Below, one piece after another: positions 1-7,674 of a stretch of 10,902 nt of DNA. Positions within the stretch are counted from its first letter, which is position 1; each line of letters begins with the position of its first letter. Where the stretch lies: the IMG/VR virus record IMGVR_UViG_2531839668_000016; one strand, given 5' to 3'. The translations under genes were made by a program, and so were the position numbers. Below the pieces are notes generated by a model. It saw only the letters and a program-made list of their open reading frames with translations, did not search any database and was not told where the DNA came from. The stretch comes from a virus (Duplodnaviria > Heunggongvirae > Uroviricota > Caudoviricetes).

Positions 1-405
1 ATGGATCAGGTCGTTGTTTTTCAAAAGATGTTTGAGCAAGTGAGAAAAGAGCAAAACTTCTCCTGGTTTTATTCAGAATTAAAACATCACCGTATTGCAC
101 ATTACATTTATTATCTGGCTACGGATAACATCAGAATTATTACTCACGATGATACGGTTTTGTTATTAAGAGGAACCAGGAACCTGTTAAAAGTTAGTAC
201 GACCAAGAACCCTGCTAAAATAAAAGAGGCCGCATTGCTTCATATTTGCGGAAAATCTACATTTCGGGAATACTGTTCAACACTGGCAGGCGCGGGCGTT
301 TTCCGGTGGGTTACTGATGTTAATCATAACAAACGCAGTTACTACGCCATTGATAATACGCTTTTATATATTGAAGATGTAGAAAATAATAAACCATTAA
401 TCTAG
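1..405 (+). CDS. ycgX: YcgX-like DUF1398-family protein (chromosomal flank)
   Basis: Complete 134 aa ORF starting at window position 1. Sequence and length match my recollection of E. coli YcgX, and its position next to iraM and the icd fragment matches the K-12 order icdC-iraM-ycgX. Not verified by search. Confidence 0.55.
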   Translation: MDQVVVFQKMFEQVRKEQNFSWFYSELKHHRIAHYIYYLATDNIRIITHDDTVLLLRGTRNLLKVSTTKNPAKIKEAALLHICGKSTFREYCSTLAGAGVFRWVTDVNHNKRSYYAIDNTLLYIEDVENNKPLI

Positions 406-620
406 CTAAAGTTGGATACTTAAGAAATGCTTCATAATTCAGTAAGGCATTAGCATAATGGAAATAAAAGTGCAGAGACTATCTCTATGGATGATTAATA
501 CTGTCTTTTTATTGTCACCCATAAATAATCACCAGACTAATACTATCAACTTGATATTTGAAATGTGATCACTTGACTTTTGATACGTTATTTTATAACG
601 GTTAACATATTTATAAAAAC

Positions 621-643
621 AACGGCCGTGCCACACGTCCGTT
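621..643 (-). terminator. Hairpin (AACGGCCGT / ACGTCCGTT, one mismatch) with a T-rich tail on the minus strand; paralogous to the icd terminator at 1482-1504
   Basis: Inverted repeat seen directly. About 50 bp around it (ataaaaacaacggccgtg...ccgtttcaatacttaacgcacatg) aligns with 1476-1523. No minus-strand ORF lies upstream, so its function is unclear. Confidence 0.3.
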
Positions 644-1036
644 TCAATACTTAACGCACATGTATTTTGGTTTAGTCATCATCCGGTTATATGTATTTTA
701 GCCAGGAACAGGTTAAATCATTCCTATATAACTCAAAAATTGAAACCTTATTCTCATGTCATGCTTATATTCATTATTATCGTTATATAAAAAGGCAACC
801 ATAATGTTTAGCAAATTGGCACAAAGTAGCATAAAGGCTATGTTTTAATTACAGGATGTTCAGTCATTTGAATGTATAACATTATAGCTAAACAAATCTA
901 AAACGAAGTCAATAATTTATTGCTTTCACAAAATCTCATTTTGTTTAACATCCATTGAGATTCCTTGCTTTAAATTTTATTTTATATAAGCCATCATTTT
1001 AATTAATTTATTTTTTGAGGGGGGTAATATACTCAT

Positions 1037-1105
1037 ATGCAAAATCAAGAAATAAACATCCTAATGAACCATATTAAATACCGTGGGATAAGACATAACA
1101 AATGA
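1037..1105 (+). CDS. 22-codon upstream ORF ([22 protein letters not shown]) whose stop overlaps the iraM start (ATGA)
   Basis: ATG at 1037 preceded by a GAGGGGGG purine-rich stretch. The TGA at 1103-1105 overlaps the iraM ATG at 1102-1104. Candidate leader peptide only. Confidence 0.3.
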   Translation: MQNQEINILMNHIKYRGIRHNK

Positions 1106-1425
1106 AGTGGATAGTAATTGACACGGTAATTCAACCTACATGTGGTATATCTTTTTCAGCCATATGGGGTAATATGAAAATGATCATCTGGTATCAATCT
1201 ACTATATTTCTCCCTCCTGGCAGTATATTTACACCGGTTAAGTCTGGTATTATCCTTAAGGATAAAGAATATCCTATTACTATTTATCACATCGCACCAT
1301 TCAACAAGGATTTATGGAGTTTACTCAAAAGCAGTCAAGAGTGTCCTCCAGGAGAAAGCAAAATAACAAATAAATGTTTACATAATAGTTGCATTATAAA
1401 AATATGCCCATATGGGCTCAAGTAA
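1102..1425 (+). CDS. iraM: IraM anti-adaptor protein (RssB inhibitor, RpoS stabiliser)
   Basis: 107 aa ORF. Sequence matches my recollection of E. coli IraM ([18 protein letters not shown]...), and the position immediately next to the icd 3' pseudo-fragment matches K-12 synteny. Confidence 0.65.
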   Translation: MKWIVIDTVIQPTCGISFSAIWGNMKMIIWYQSTIFLPPGSIFTPVKSGIILKDKEYPITIYHIAPFNKDLWSLLKSSQECPPGESKITNKCLHNSCIIKICPYGLK

Positions 1426-1481
1426 TGGGCTTCATATAAATATGCTCGATATGCTATTAATAATATCCACATAAATAAAAC

Positions 1482-1504
1482 AACGGGCGTGTTATACGCC
1501 CGTT
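1482..1504 (-). terminator. Rho-independent terminator of icd (perfect 9-bp stem AACGGGCGT / ACGCCCGTT, 5-nt loop), possibly bidirectional for iraM
   Basis: Perfect inverted repeat seen directly. On the minus strand it is followed by GTTTTATTTATG. It lies 24 bp downstream of the icd-fragment stop codon, between the convergent iraM and icd fragment. Confidence 0.5.
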
Positions 1505-1527
1505 TCAATATTTAACACATGGAGAGA

Positions 1528-1692
1528 TTACATGTTTTCGATGATCGCTTCACCAAACTCTGAACATTTCAGCAGCTTAGCGCCTTCCATCAGACGTTCG
1601 AAGTCATAAGTTACGGTCTTGGCATTGATTGCGCCTTCCATACCTTTAACAATCAGGTCAGCCGCTTCAGTCCAACCCATATGGCGCAGCAG
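1528..1692 (-). pseudogene. icd: 3' fragment of isocitrate dehydrogenase gene (icdC-like); att core duplication of an icd-integrating prophage
   Basis: Minus-strand translation reads [54 protein letters not shown], which is the Icd C-terminus. There is no upstream coding continuation, and homology ends near 1692. Confidence 0.85.
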
Positions 1693-1882
1693 TATATAAA
1701 AACCATGAATTCAAGTCATTGATATTTAACGATAAAAATTATTTTATTGTCTTTTTATTAGCCAAAATAAACTTTATTCAACCGTTTGATTTCATTGACG
1801 TTCGTTTTTATTTTGGGGAAAGGTTTTCTCTACCATTTATATCCAAATTACAAGTCTACATTTTATTAACATCTCAATACAT

Positions 1883-1916
1883 GTGAGGCCTTGCAGACCT
1901 TTGTGAGACCTTATGT
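1883..1916 (+). repeat. Three closely spaced GNCCTT-containing direct repeats in the presumptive att arm
   Basis: tgtgaGGCCTTgcaGACCTTtgtgaGACCTTatgtg seen directly, about 200 bp on the phage side of the att core. Function is inferred only. Confidence 0.3.
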
Positions 1917-1955
1917 GTCTCTGTTTTGTCCCAACTTATGTTAAGAGGCACATAA

Positions 1956-2036
1956 TTAAAAATAAGATAACGATGCCGCCAAGCAGTGCAAAACCTTGTT
2001 TACTCCACGACTGTCTGCCCCATTATCTGCATACAT
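1956..2036 (-). CDS. Small ORF (26 aa, MYADNGADSRGVNKVLHCLAASLSYF) with a strong Shine-Dalgarno
   Basis: GGAGGA at 2043-2048 on the minus strand, 6 nt upstream of the ATG at 2036. No recognisable family. Confidence 0.2.
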   Translation of the reverse strand: MYADNGADSRGVNKVLHCLAASLSYF

Positions 2037-2427
2037 AATTATCCTCCATAACTGAGATAAATGTCGGTTATGAGCGAACAACAGACGTTTAGTTTATGAT
2101 GGCTGTGTCTATACATTAAACATAACATCCATTACCGGCACCGCTTATTAATTGCTATCTGATATTGTCACTAAAAAAATAGGCATTCCCCGATATAATA
2201 ATCACAAAGAAGCTTTTGGTGCTGGCAATCGGTATACCTCATAGTGGACTGCGACTTTCCGGGCACGACAAGGATATATCAATGTATGAGCAGGAAAATT
2301 AGACCGTGGTGCGTCATATGATGACTAAGCACGGATAACAGCTACTTAATTGAAACTATTGATTATATTACAGCCAGTGCCTTATAGGATGGTTAGTCAT
2401 CAACCGCGACTCCTGCACAATCATGGG

Positions 2428-3513
2428 CTATTGCCAGCAATTGTTTTTAATTGCTTTAGCATCTACCGTCATATCTACTGTAGCAAAATGGATCTTATGT
2501 CCCTGAGTGACAACATACTCATTAAGCATATAGCCAACAGCTGGATGAAGTAGAAGACCAGCGGCATTGAGCGAAAGCGGATCCGTCTTGTTCTCCTGTG
2601 TTCTAAGGTAGGTATATAGCTGATAAATATAGCCATTACGTAGTGATTGCTCCCGATGCCAACCCTTTGTCAGAATCGAATTAAATTTGGTATCGATAAT
2701 AATACGCCGCTGGGCAGTCTTGTGTTCCAGAATAATGTCTGACTTCATTGTCGGGAAAATCTCTGCACTACCTGCACTTTGATCGCTCAACGCCCATTTC
2801 AGCTCTTTCCCTGCAGAGACCTGCCAAGTTGTTTTGGCAAGGTGTACACGATATAAGCCAGCGATACCTTTTTCAAATAGTCTTCTCATCCAGTAAAGGT
2901 TATTTGAGGGCGCAGGTAAAAGATATTGGCCTTGATCTTCGGTCGGCATCAGCAGTTCAAAAGCTAATCGTGCGGCATCGACCATCGGTTTATCTGCGGC
3001 ATCATGGCGTCCAAAACGCCACACTGAGGGTAATTCGCGGGGGGCAGGATATCCTCCATTTATCCCCTCACGGCGAAGTGATATTGCCATAAAATGGCAA
3101 TCTGCCGCCAAAGACGGTTTCACTATGATTGAGGCCAGACGTTCTAACGCACAGCGAACATAGCGATTTCGGGGGGTGTTGAGGGTTATGTCTTGAAAAT
3201 GGCAGGCAACCTGTCCCCGTTCCAGCAGTTGATGACTGGCAGTATACAGTATGTCAATGCGCCCTCTCACCCGGTTCAGGGCCGCATGACAAGTTTGGTA
3301 TCCCATATTTAAATTGCGACGTCGGCGCAGCGTAATCTCATGAAGGAGGATTGTCGCCACCAGGTCGGGGATTTCTGCTGGGTTATCTTCTACTGCGATC
3401 TGATTGCGCCCTAACTGGCGAAACAGATCTGAAGCGTACAGCATCAGCATCCAGATATTTCGCATGGGAATACGTGATGCTGTATGTTGCTCACTCCCGG
3501 TTATTGTCGTCAT
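2428..3513 (-). CDS. McrC-like nuclease subunit of a McrBC-type (type IV, modification-dependent) restriction system
   Basis: 361 aa. Its ATG overlaps the stop of the upstream McrB-like gene (ATGA at 3510-3513). Size is similar to McrC (348 aa), and the C-terminal region has a PD-(D/E)xK-like stretch (DIILEHK...IIIDTKF). Confidence 0.65.
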   Translation of the reverse strand: MTTITGSEQHTASRIPMRNIWMLMLYASDLFRQLGRNQIAVEDNPAEIPDLVATILLHEITLRRRRNLNMGYQTCHAALNRVRGRIDILYTASHQLLERGQVACHFQDITLNTPRNRYVRCALERLASIIVKPSLAADCHFMAISLRREGINGGYPAPRELPSVWRFGRHDAADKPMVDAARLAFELLMPTEDQGQYLLPAPSNNLYWMRRLFEKGIAGLYRVHLAKTTWQVSAGKELKWALSDQSAGSAEIFPTMKSDIILEHKTAQRRIIIDTKFNSILTKGWHREQSLRNGYIYQLYTYLRTQENKTDPLSLNAAGLLLHPAVGYMLNEYVVTQGHKIHFATVDMTVDAKAIKNNCWQ

Positions 3514-5492
3514 TTTGCTAATAACACTTTTCTGGCTTCATCGACTTTATTTGGAGCATCGAACCAATATTCGGCGAGCAAAGGGCAGATCTCTGTATCA
3601 ACGACTTGTTCATACCAAGCCTGGGCATCGTTGATTTTTTGGCCGATAGCTGGGGTGACATAGCTGTGACCGATACAAAACTGTGGTCCTAAGGTAACAT
3701 CTTTTGCCAGCATATCGTTTAATACCGTCAGTCGAGATTTGATGAATGCTAACATGTCAAAATCAATTGCGTAATTATAATTTACCCAGTTTCTCCACGC
3801 GTCATTAAAAGCTGGCTTTAGATCGATAAACGCGAAACGACGGCGCAGCGCTAGGTCAAGTAGTGCGAGTGAGCGGTCTGCAATATTCATCGTACCGATG
3901 ATATATAGATTCTCAGGAATGTATATTTTTTCATCAGCATTTTTAGGATAGGAAAGAGATAATGCCTCAGTCGGCGTGCGTTTATCTGCTTCCATCAACG
4001 TGAGTGTTTCACCGAAGATTTGCGCCGGATTGCCACGATTAATCTCTTCAATTATCACCACATATTTCGAGGTAGGATTATTGACTGCAGTTTTGATTGC
4101 ATTTACAAAAGGTCCATCAATTAGCGTCAATTGCCCTTCTTTACCTGGACGCCAGCCTCGAATAAAGTCTTCGTAAGAGAGGTTCGGGTGAAATTGCACC
4201 GCGCTAATACGCTCAGGTGCTTTTTCTCCCATCAAGCAGTACGCCAGACGTCGCGCTAACCAAGTTTTTCCAGTTCCGGGTGGTCCTTGTAATATCAGGT
4301 TTTTCTTGTCGATCAGGCGCTGAAGTGTGAGTTGGATCTTAGCCTCTTCCAAGAAACAGCCATCCTGCACCAGATGACTGATGTCATAAGGAACGTGGGT
4401 GAGTTTTGGCAACAGCGCACTCTCTTCGACAGTTTCCTCAGTTATCGTCTGGGATTCGTTTTTCTCAAAATTCAGGTATTCATAATTTCCGGACTCGAGG
4501 GACTTTAACTCATCATCATTGCATAGTTTCTGTAGATAAAAGTAGATTGAGCTTGTAACAGTTTTGCTCTCAGGATGCTCTACCTTGAATACGTCCAAGT
4601 AGTTTTCTTCCAACTCCGAAGCAGTGAAATAAGGGCCATTTTTTTTCAGGCATAACGCCTTAATTTTATTCAGTAAAGAGGCTTTCCACGTTCTATTTGC
4701 CACCTCATCTTTAGACTGGCTAAGATCTGTATTCCACGCTGATAAGGAAAGTTCTGGGAAAGAATGAACCGGATAGTTTGGTTGGGTAAAGACCTCGTTC
4801 AGCGCCCGCATAAGACTCAGGTAACTTTGTCCACTACAGCGACCTTTTGCCCCGTTTTTAATGATCTTAATGTTTAACACTGTCTGAATGTAATACTGCG
4901 ACTGGCTATCTAAAGTGGGGTAGAACCAAGGACGGGTCCAGTACAACCCCATGGTGAGATTCCAACCGACATTCATTACTGTAGAAGCGATGTCATATGC
5001 GGCAGTGAAGTCTGCAGAGTTAGTATTCTGGTTATCCGCAAAGATCATTGCCTGTGAGAACATTTCCCACAAGCATTCAATGTCATTAGGGTCGCGTGAC
5101 TTTTCATAACCAAAGAACCAAGATTTTTGGTTATTCAACAGAGGGATTCCGGCAAAGGAGTCAGGAATCGGTTCGTTCACGCCCAACAAATTCGCTAGCT
5201 TGGCAGCAATAATTTTGCGATTGCTGTCGGTCAAGTTACGATTGAACAAGCCCATAGTAGTAAACGGACAAATGTCTTTTAAGGGAAAGATCTCTCCCAT
5301 AATAGATTTGTCCTGCAGATGGGACATTCCTTCCACACCCGAGGCAATTAGATGAATACCTTTGACTAATTCATCTCTACGATTTCGCCAAGTCAGTAAC
5401 GCGTTGGCAAAAGCCTCATAAAAACTAGCCCAAGCAAACTTGCCATCATGTTCTGCTGTATCCACGGGAACTCCATTATACTTGTTGAGCAA
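3510..5492 (-). CDS. McrB-family AAA+ GTPase with a large uncharacterised N-terminal domain (~390 aa)
   Basis: Walker A GPPGTGKT at aa 403-410 (nt 4263-4286). VVIIEEINRGN...FGETLTLMEADKR and the IIGTMNIADRSLALLDLALRRRFAFIDL block closely parallel E. coli McrB (FIIDEINRAN..., MNTADRSLAVVDYALRRRF). The N-terminal 390 aa are unrelated to the E. coli McrB DNA-binding domain. The annotated start is TTG; an in-frame GTG 9 codons downstream has a better SD. Confidence 0.8.
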   Translation of the reverse strand: MLNKYNGVPVDTAEHDGKFAWASFYEAFANALLTWRNRRDELVKGIHLIASGVEGMSHLQDKSIMGEIFPLKDICPFTTMGLFNRNLTDSNRKIIAAKLANLLGVNEPIPDSFAGIPLLNNQKSWFFGYEKSRDPNDIECLWEMFSQAMIFADNQNTNSADFTAAYDIASTVMNVGWNLTMGLYWTRPWFYPTLDSQSQYYIQTVLNIKIIKNGAKGRCSGQSYLSLMRALNEVFTQPNYPVHSFPELSLSAWNTDLSQSKDEVANRTWKASLLNKIKALCLKKNGPYFTASELEENYLDVFKVEHPESKTVTSSIYFYLQKLCNDDELKSLESGNYEYLNFEKNESQTITEETVEESALLPKLTHVPYDISHLVQDGCFLEEAKIQLTLQRLIDKKNLILQGPPGTGKTWLARRLAYCLMGEKAPERISAVQFHPNLSYEDFIRGWRPGKEGQLTLIDGPFVNAIKTAVNNPTSKYVVIIEEINRGNPAQIFGETLTLMEADKRTPTEALSLSYPKNADEKIYIPENLYIIGTMNIADRSLALLDLALRRRFAFIDLKPAFNDAWRNWVNYNYAIDFDMLAFIKSRLTVLNDMLAKDVTLGPQFCIGHSYVTPAIGQKINDAQAWYEQVVDTEICPLLAEYWFDAPNKVDEARKVLLAK

Positions 5493-5825
5493 TGATAATT
5501 TATCTGTGTGAGTTTTAACATATTACTATCAGTTATAGAAAAATTTAACTATCCGATACAGAGAGCGGAATGCTGAATTTGACCTGACTTGCTTCCAACC
5601 AATTAAAATCAACTTATTTATCAATTGGTTATTTTGGCACATGGCGGTCATCAAGGCAATATCGCGTTGTCATAAGGTGTCGAGGCTCGGAGGTTCAAAT
5701 CCTCTCATACAAAAAATAAATAAAATTAATGACGGTTGGAAATTATTCAATACACTCTCGAAAGTACATCAGCCAACCGCAGCACGTTATTGCATATAAC
5801 GTTTCTGCGGCATATCACAAAACTA

Positions 5826-6409
5826 TTATTCCATAACAGGGATTGCAGGCCACTCAATATCAGGTGCAGTTGATGTATCAACACGATTCAGCAACACCCG
5901 ATACTTCTTCCAGGCTTCAAGCAACGAGGTTTCTTCCTCCGTTGCGATTTCCAGATCTGCAGCATCCTGAAGCGGGGCAATATGCTCACTGGCTACCTGC
6001 ATCAGGCTGTTTTTGTTTCTTCCGCCTCCCGGATCCGGAACAGTTTTTCTGCTTCCGTATCCTTCACCCAGGCTGTGCCGTTCCACTTCTGAAACTCCCC
6101 TTCCGGGGATAACCAGGTGATATTTTCCGGTAGAGGTCCGAGTTCAGAAATAAATAACGAGTCGCCGGAAGCCACGTCATAGACGGTTTTTCCCCGATGA
6201 TCTTCAACGAGATGCCACGATGCCTCATCACTGTTGAAAACAGCCACGAAGCCTACCGGAATATCTGGCGGTGCAATATAGGTACTGTTTGCTGGCAGAC
6301 CTGTATGAGGCGGAATATATGCGTCACCTTCACCAATAAATTCATTAGTTCCGGCCAGCAGATTATAAATTTTTATGGTCCGTGGTTGTTCACTCATTCT
6401 GAATGCCAT
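5826..6409 (-). pseudogene. tfa: Tail fibre assembly protein (Tfa, lambda/e14 TfaE-like), frameshifted
   Basis: Two overlapping ORFs in different frames (6002-6409 and 5826-6086) together give [15 protein letters not shown]...REAEETK / [22 protein letters not shown]...[10 protein letters not shown], i.e. a full Tfa. The frame break is in an A-run at 6008-6017. Confidence 0.8.
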
Positions 6410-6537
6410 TATGCAAGCCTCACAATGTAGTTAAATGCGATGTTTTTGACGGTGTTTTCCGCGTTACCAGCAGCGTTAACGGTGATGGTGTGTCCATGTG
6501 AGCCAATCGCAACGGAGTGCGTATGAGCACCAATACC
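6409..6537 (-). pseudogene. stf: C-terminal fragment (~42 aa) of side tail fibre protein Stf
   Basis: Minus-strand frame gives [42 protein letters not shown], and its TAA overlaps the tfa ATG (TAATG). Nothing upstream is Stf-like. Confidence 0.7.
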
Positions 6538-6632
6538 TGTGGCTTTTCGTCGTACTGTTCCGGCATGTTGTTGGCGATCCGACGCATCTGCTCACGGTCA
6601 AAGTTAACCATCTGTGCGGCGATGTTTTTCAT
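6535..6632 (-). pseudogene. P: N-terminal fragment (~33 aa) of lambda replication protein P
   Basis: [33 protein letters not shown] matches the lambda P N-terminus, after which the frame runs into out-of-frame stf sequence. Its start overlaps the O-fragment stop (ATGA). Confidence 0.75.
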
Positions 6633-6865
6633 AGATCCACCCCGTAAATCCAGTCAGTGTTTGTCAGGTCGAGTTTTGGTTTGCCGACTGTCACGCCAGC
6701 CTGTTGCTTGTTCCGGTTGATTTCGAGCTGGGTCCACTTGTCGCGGAGTTTGGCCGGACTCAGCACGTTACCGGACCAGAAGTTGTCCTGGCAGGCCCAG
6801 CGGAACAGTACACACATGTCGCGGTGGTTACGTCCATCACGTTCACGCATCAGACGGATATCGTT
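6629..6865 (-). pseudogene. O: C-terminal fragment of lambda replication initiator O
   Basis: ...[56 protein letters not shown] matches the lambda O C-terminus. Upstream, the reading frame runs into antisense exo sequence. Confidence 0.75.
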
Positions 6866-7519
6866 ACCGGGATCGACGTGAGAGCTGTCGAACAGGGGGA
6901 TGATGCGTGGCACAAATTACGGCTCGGCGTCATCACCGCTTCAGAAGTTCACAACGTGATAGCAAAGCCCCGCTCAGGAAAGAAGTGGCCTGACATGAAA
7001 ATGTCCTACTTCCACACCCTGCTTGCCGAGGTTTGCACCGGTGTGGCTCCGGAAGTTAACGCTAAAGCACTGGCCTGGGGAAAACAGTACGAGAACGACG
7101 CCAGAACCCTGTTTGAGTTCACTTCCAGCGTAAATGTTATTGAATCCCCGATCATCTATCGCGACGAAAGTATGCGCACCGCCTGCTCTCCCGATGGTTT
7201 ATGCAGTGACGGCAATGGCCTTGAACTGAAATGCCCGTTTACCTCCCGGGATTTCATGAAGTTCCGGCTCGGTGGTTTCGAGGCCATAAAGTCGGCTTAC
7301 ATGGCCCAGGTGCAGTACAGCATGTGGGTGACGCGAAAAGATGCCTGGTACTTTGCCAACTATGACCCGCGTATGAAGCGTGAAGGCCTGCATTATGTCG
7401 TGGTTGAGCGGGATGAAAAGTACATGGCGAATTTTGACGAGATGGTGCCGGAGTTCATCGAAAAAATGGACGAGGCACTGGCTGAAATTGGTTTTGTATT
7501 TGGGGAGCAATGGCGATGA
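6866..7519 (+). pseudogene. exo: Lambda exonuclease (Red-alpha, Exo), 5'-truncated (lacks ~first 9 codons)
   Basis: [56 protein letters not shown]...[11 protein letters not shown] is near-identical to lambda Exo from residue ~11 to the end. The upstream 55 codons of the 6704 ORF are antisense to the O fragment and are not Exo. Confidence 0.85.
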
Positions 7520-7674
7520 CGCATCCTCACGATAATATCCGGGTAGGCGCGATCACTTTCGTCTACTCCATTACAAAGCGAGGCTGGGTATTTCCCGGCC
7601 TTTCTGTTATCAGAAATCCACTGAAAGCACAGCGGCTGGCTGAGAAGATAAATAACAAACAGGAGGATATATGA
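7516..7674 (+). CDS. Small ORF (52 aa, [52 protein letters not shown]), coupled on both sides
   Basis: Its ATG overlaps the exo stop (ATGA at 7516-7519), and its TGA overlaps the ATG of the DGQHR gene (ATGA at 7671-7674). Positionally it corresponds to the small orfs following exo in lambda. Confidence 0.5.
   Translation: MTHPHDNIRVGAITFVYSITKRGWVFPGLSVIRNPLKAQRLAEKINNKQEDI

Noticed and set aside
940-985. Possible PhoP box upstream of iraM (TGTTTA half-site at ~951)
   Set aside because: Only one half-site matches. The partner at the expected 11-bp spacing is poor on both strands.
2350-4176. Plus-strand ORFs 2350-2553, 2748-3092, 3404-3634 and 3976-4176
   Set aside because: All lie antisense to, and inside, the McrC-like and McrB-like genes, which have family-level motif support. 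No SD or independent support.
5641-5716. tRNA-like T-arm (GGAGG-TTCAAAT-CCTCT at 5689-5705) that could have marked a tRNA-type att site
   Set aside because: No complementary acceptor stem upstream, no CCA end, and no D-arm or anticodon arm can be folded. The real att is the icd fragment.
6420-6632. 70 aa ORF taken as an intact small gene
   Set aside because: It is a chimera: 33 codons of the P N-terminus running into out-of-frame stf sequence.
5843-6881. Plus-strand ORFs 5843-6112, 6197-6430, 6517-6720 and 6657-6881
   Set aside because: Antisense shadows of the recognisable tfa, stf, P and O remnants.
6704-7519. 271 aa ORF taken as one intact gene
   Set aside because: Only the part from ~6866 is exo. 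The first ~55 codons are the antisense of the O fragment, so this is a fortuitous in-frame extension of a truncated gene.
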